Positions 60,061 to 64,000 of a stretch of 64,000 nt of DNA are shown one piece after another. The notes below the pieces were generated by a model. The model made no database searches and was not told where the DNA came from. It was given only the letters and a program-made list of their open reading frames with translations. The position numbers were made by a program, and so were the translations under genes. The first letter of the stretch is position 1, and every line of letters starts with the position of its first letter. Source of the stretch: Thermoanaerobaculia bacterium (GTDB taxonomy: Bacteria > Acidobacteriota > Thermoanaerobaculia > Multivoradales > Multivoraceae); contig OY761158.1 in the NCBI GenBank assembly GCA_963664405.1, positions 3,168,001 through 3,232,000 on the forward strand, read 5' to 3'.

Positions 60061-60143
60061 GCGGCAGTTAATAGACTTTCGTCTTTTAACGACGGTTCAA
60101 ATAAGATGGGCCCTCGGGTAGGATGCGGCGGAGATCGACTTCG

Positions 60144-60698
60144 ATGTCAGACCAAAACGTAACCTTCGTGGCCGAGCGCCTGACAGTCAACGGCGAGGAG
60201 CTCGCCGTGGCTTTTCCAGCCCATCACACCCTTCTCGAGGTGCTCCGCGAGGAGTGCGGCCTCACCGGCACCAAACACGGCTGTGAGCTCGGTGAGTGCG
60301 GTACCTGCGCGGTCCTCGTCGATGGGCGGGCAGTGCTTTCGTGTCTGGTGCTGGCGACAGAAACAGTGGGGCGCGAGGTCGAGACCATCGAGGGCCTTGC
60401 TCGAGGCAACGAGCTCCACCCGCTGCAGGCGGCTTTTGCCGACCTCGGGGCGGCCCAGTGCGGTTACTGCACGCCGGGGATTCTGATGACCGCGAAGGTG
60501 CTGCTCGAAGCCAACCCCGATCCTTCGCGACAGGAGGTCTGTGAGGCCCTGGCCGGCAATCTCTGCCGCTGTACGGGCTATCACAAGATCGTCGAGGCTG
60601 TGCTCTGGGCGGCAGCCGTAGAGCGTGGGGACTCCTCACCGCCGCCTCGCGAGTGGCTTTACGGCGACGAGCTTCCCGGAGAGATGTCGAATGGCTGA
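60144..60698 (+). CDS. hcrC: [2Fe-2S] subunit of xanthine-oxidase-family reductase (HcrC-like)
   Basis: GTKHGCELGECGTC, QCGYCTPG, NLCRCTGY. Confidence 0.75.
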   Translation: MSDQNVTFVAERLTVNGEELAVAFPAHHTLLEVLREECGLTGTKHGCELGECGTCAVLVDGRAVLSCLVLATETVGREVETIEGLARGNELHPLQAAFADLGAAQCGYCTPGILMTAKVLLEANPDPSRQEVCEALAGNLCRCTGYHKIVEAVLWAAAVERGDSSPPPREWLYGDELPGEMSNG

Positions 60699-63252
60699 GC
60701 CCTCTCGCAAGTCGCCGGAGGCCCCCAGCCCGGTTGCCCCTGAGCCTGGAAGGTGGATCGGCAAGTCGTTCAGGCGGGTGGACGGCCGTGCCAAGGTCAC
60801 CGGCAGGACGCTTTTCGCCGACGATCTCAGCTTTCCGCGGATGGTTTTCGTTCGGCTGGTGCGGGCAATAGTGCCTCACGCACGAATTGTGGAAATCGAC
60901 AGCGCGCAGGCTCGTGCGATGCCCGGAGTCCTTGCGGTTCTCACCGGCGAAGACTTCCCTGTGCCTTTCGGCATTCTGCCGGTCTCCCAGGACGAGCATG
61001 CCTTGTGCCCTGATCGGGTGCGATTCGTCGGCGATCCGGTGGCGGCGGTGGCGGCTGTCACCGAAGATCAAGCGTCAGAGGCGGCCTTGGCGGTCGAGGT
61101 GTCTTATGAGCCCCTGAAGACGATCTCGAGCATCGAAGAGGCGATTGAGAACCCGGAGCCTCGGATCCACGACTACGGCGACGGGGGCAACATCCACAAG
61201 CGGCTCTCGATGCATTTCGGCGATGTCGCTCCAGGACTCAGCGATGCGGATCTGGTGCTCGAGGACACCTTCTTCTACGAAGGCAGCACCCATCTGCCGA
61301 TGGAGCAGCATGCCGCGGTGGCGCTACCTGAGGACGACGACCGTCTCACCCTTTATTCGTCGACACAGACGCCCCACTATGTCCAGCGCGCGCTGGCCAA
61401 GGTGCTGGAGATCCCGGCGTCGCGGATCCGAGTTGTGGCTTGTTCCAACGGTGGTGGCTTTGGTGGCAAGAGCGACCCCTTCAATCATGAGATCGTCGCC
61501 GCCAAGCTTGCTCTGGTGCTCGGGCGGCCGGTGAAGGTGGCTCTGACTCGTGAGGAGGTCTTCTATTGCCATCGTGGTCGCCATCCGGTGCTCATGGAAC
61601 TGCGCACCGGTTTCTCGAGGGACGGCTCGATCCGCGCACAGCATCTCAGGACCGCTCTCGACGGCGGCGCTTACGGTAGCTATGGAGTCGCGAGCAGCTA
61701 CTACACCGGCGCGCTGCAGACCGTGACCTATAGATTGCCCGCCTACAAATTCGACACCATTCGTGTTTTCACCAACAAACCGCCCTGTGGGCCGAAGCGC
61801 GGCCACGGCACTCCCCAGCCCCGCTTCGCGCTCGAAGTTCAGCTCGACAAGGCCGCTGAGAAACTCCAGATCGATCCTGCCGACATACGCCTACAGAACC
61901 TTGCTCCCGCCGGTTCGGTGACGGCGAATTGGTTGAAGATCGGCTCGATGGGCCTCGGCAGCTGTATCGAGGCGGTGGTCCGAGGGAGTGGATGGCGGGA
62001 GCGTTACGGGCGACTGCCGTTGGGCAAGGGTCTGGGTCTGGCCTGTGGCTCCTACCTCTGTGGGGCTGGACTTCCTATCTATTGGAACCATATGCCTCAG
62101 TCGGCAGTGCAGCTGCAGCTCGACCGCAGTGGCCGCGTTGCTGTCTTCTGCGGCGAGGCTGAGATCGGGCAGGGCTCCGATAGCGTTCTTGCCGCCATGG
62201 TGGGGGAGGTCCTGGGTATCGACCTCGGCGATGTGCGCCTCTGTGTGGCCGACACCGATCTGACACCGGTCGACTTGGGGAGCTATTCGTCGCGAGTGAC
62301 TCTGATGGTCGGCAACGCCGCGCTCGAGGCCGCAGGCCGCGCGAAGGACATTTTGCTTGAAGCCGCCGCGGCCCACCTCGAGGTACCGGCCGACCGACTC
62401 GTTCTCGCTGACGGAAGGGTATACGACTCCTCGAGTCCAGACCGCGAGATGAGCTTCCAGGAGGCGGTGTGTACGGCGGAGGCCCGCCGAGGTACCATCG
62501 TGACCTCGGGCTCCTATACGCCACCGCGCTCCCCGGGGCGCTACCGGGGATCGGGAGTCGGTCCATCGCCGGCATATTCCTACACCGCCGCGGTAGTGGA
62601 GACCGAGGTGGACGTAGAGACCGGTACGGTTCGGGTCGAGCATGTGTGGATCGCCCACGACCTCGGCCGCGCGGTCAATCCGGTGCTCGCGATCGGCCAG
62701 GTCGAAGGCAGCGTTTACATGGGGCTCGGCGAGGCGCTGATGGAAGAGCAGGCCTTCCGCCGACTGCCCAGACATCGTTCGAACGCTCTGGTGCACAAGA
62801 TGCCTTCGATCCTCGAGTACAAGAGTCCGACTTTTCTCGATATGCCGGAGGTCACGACCTATCTGATCGAGGACCCGGACGACGCCGGGCCCTTCGGAGC
62901 CAAGGAGGTGGGGCAGGGGCCTCTCCTGCCGATACCGCCGGCGGTGGCCAACGCCGTCTTCGATGCGGTCGGGGTACGCATTGACGAGGTTCCGATTCAT
63001 CCGCACAAAGTGCTGCGAGCACTGGATGCGAAGGCACGAGGCGAAGAGGCGCGCTTTGGCCCCGGGGCCTTCCCCACGGTCGACTTCGGCGAGACGCTGC
63101 TCGTACCGACTCCCGAGGCGGGAGGCGATGGCAAGGCGATCAACGAGTTGAGGGTGAAGATGCGCTCAGGGATGCGCGGCGCGTCGGGGACCATGAGCGA
63201 ACACGACGAAGGCGTCGGGCGGAAGGACAGTGCTTCGCTTACCACCCTTTGA
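60691..63252 (+). CDS. hcrA: Molybdopterin subunit, 4-hydroxybenzoyl-CoA reductase alpha-like
   Basis: AKVTG, GGGFGGK, RGHGTPQ, EIGQGS, DLGSYSSRVT, GPFGAKEVG. Confidence 0.75.
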   Translation: MAEPSRKSPEAPSPVAPEPGRWIGKSFRRVDGRAKVTGRTLFADDLSFPRMVFVRLVRAIVPHARIVEIDSAQARAMPGVLAVLTGEDFPVPFGILPVSQDEHALCPDRVRFVGDPVAAVAAVTEDQASEAALAVEVSYEPLKTISSIEEAIENPEPRIHDYGDGGNIHKRLSMHFGDVAPGLSDADLVLEDTFFYEGSTHLPMEQHAAVALPEDDDRLTLYSSTQTPHYVQRALAKVLEIPASRIRVVACSNGGGFGGKSDPFNHEIVAAKLALVLGRPVKVALTREEVFYCHRGRHPVLMELRTGFSRDGSIRAQHLRTALDGGAYGSYGVASSYYTGALQTVTYRLPAYKFDTIRVFTNKPPCGPKRGHGTPQPRFALEVQLDKAAEKLQIDPADIRLQNLAPAGSVTANWLKIGSMGLGSCIEAVVRGSGWRERYGRLPLGKGLGLACGSYLCGAGLPIYWNHMPQSAVQLQLDRSGRVAVFCGEAEIGQGSDSVLAAMVGEVLGIDLGDVRLCVADTDLTPVDLGSYSSRVTLMVGNAALEAAGRAKDILLEAAAAHLEVPADRLVLADGRVYDSSSPDREMSFQEAVCTAEARRGTIVTSGSYTPPRSPGRYRGSGVGPSPAYSYTAAVVETEVDVETGTVRVEHVWIAHDLGRAVNPVLAIGQVEGSVYMGLGEALMEEQAFRRLPRHRSNALVHKMPSILEYKSPTFLDMPEVTTYLIEDPDDAGPFGAKEVGQGPLLPIPPAVANAVFDAVGVRIDEVPIHPHKVLRALDAKARGEEARFGPGAFPTVDFGETLLVPTPEAGGDGKAINELRVKMRSGMRGASGTMSEHDEGVGRKDSASLTTL

Positions 63253-64000
63253 TCTGCGCAGCCCGCGCTCGCTCGAAGACGCTTCGGCGATTCTCGCCGG
63301 CGAGCTGAGTGAGGACGGCGGCGGCGTTCGGGTGGTGGCTGGCGGGACCGACCTCTGGCCGAATATGAAGCGAAGGCACCAGAGCGCAAAGACGGTGGTG
63401 AGCCTGATGCGAGTTGCGGATCTCGAGGGTATTGCCAACGGTGGAGGAGACCTTCGCATCGGGGCGACGAGCCTTCTGGAAGATATCGCCAGGAATGAGC
63501 GAGTGCGATGCTCCTATCCGGCACTGGCCTCGGCGGTCGCGAGTATCTCCTCACCCCTGCTTCGCAACATGGGGACCCTGGGCGGCAACCTCTGCCTCGA
63601 CACTCGTTGCACCTACTACAACCAGAGCGAGGAGTGGCGGCGCTCCATCGACTACTGCATGAAGGAGGCGGGGTCGGTGTGCTGGGTGGCGCCGAGCTCG
63701 GCGAAGTGCCTCGCCGTTTCCTCCGGCGACACCGCACCGATCCTGTGTGCTCTCGGTGCCCGTGCCCGCCTGGCATCGGCTGCCGGCGAGCGCACTGTTG
63801 CGGTGTCCGATCTCTTTCGCGACGACGGTATCGACTATCTTCGCAAACGGCCCGACGAGATTCTGGTCGAGGTCCTTCTCCCGGCCCGCTCCGACGCCGA
63901 GCACTGCATCTCGTCTTTTCGCAAGTTGCGACGCCGCGGCTCGATCGACTTCGCCGTTCTGACCGTGGCGACGGCACTATGGGTCGACAGCGGCGGGGTT
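63230..64000 (+). CDS. hcrB: FAD/[4Fe-4S] subunit, 4-hydroxybenzoyl-CoA reductase beta-like (3' truncated; absent from ORF track)
   Basis: GTG 63230: MLRLPPF, AGGTDLWPNMKRR, LRNMGTLGGNLCLDTRC.YYNQ...C....G.VC....KC, KLRRRGSIDF. Confidence 0.8.
   Translation, partial: MLRLPPFDLRSPRSLEDASAILAGELSEDGGGVRVVAGGTDLWPNMKRRHQSAKTVVSLMRVADLEGIANGGGDLRIGATSLLEDIARNERVRCSYPALASAVASISSPLLRNMGTLGGNLCLDTRCTYYNQSEEWRRSIDYCMKEAGSVCWVAPSSAKCLAVSSGDTAPILCALGARARLASAAGERTVAVSDLFRDDGIDYLRKRPDEILVEVLLPARSDAEHCISSFRKLRRRGSIDFAVLTVATALWVDSGGV

Noticed and set aside
62997-63977. 326-aa minus-strand ORF
   Set aside because: The region is explained by the plus-strand hcrB-like gene, which the track omitted because it has no stop in the window

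Overview
A GC-rich bacterial chromosome segment, most likely Acidobacteriota (Thermoanaerobaculia-like); this is inferred from two secreted VWA proteins, one with a GWxTD-type domain, and from gene style. The first 19 kb hold the 3' part of mfd, two parvulin PPIases and a dcw cluster (mraZ-rsmH-ftsL-ftsI-murE-murF-mraY-murD-ftsW-murG-murC-ftsQ-ftsA, no murB/ddl). The cluster is broken by an apparent 3.6-kb inversion with 4-bp ATAC/GTAT ends that fuses ftsA in frame to an agmatinase and places ftsZ and a deoxyhypusine-synthase-like gene on the minus strand behind speA. The rest carries argS, macro-domain, Maf, aconitase X, acyl-CoA dehydrogenase, UDG, glycosyltransferase/flippase, fumC, GGDEF-EAL, sulfatase, two-component and CocE/NonD genes, ending in a 4-hydroxybenzoyl-CoA reductase-like (hcrCAB) operon. 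Highlights: (1) a hidden AhpD-related selenoprotein (C-F-Y-UGA-T, with a SECIS-like hairpin) split in two by the ORF track; (2) the inversion and FtsA-agmatinase fusion; (3) palindromic elements with a covarying shared core that end in CTAG on TAG stop codons and are associated with tandem amplifications and stacked CTAG motifs. No CRISPR array, rRNA, tRNA or transposase was recognised. All calls come from reading motifs; no database searches were run.
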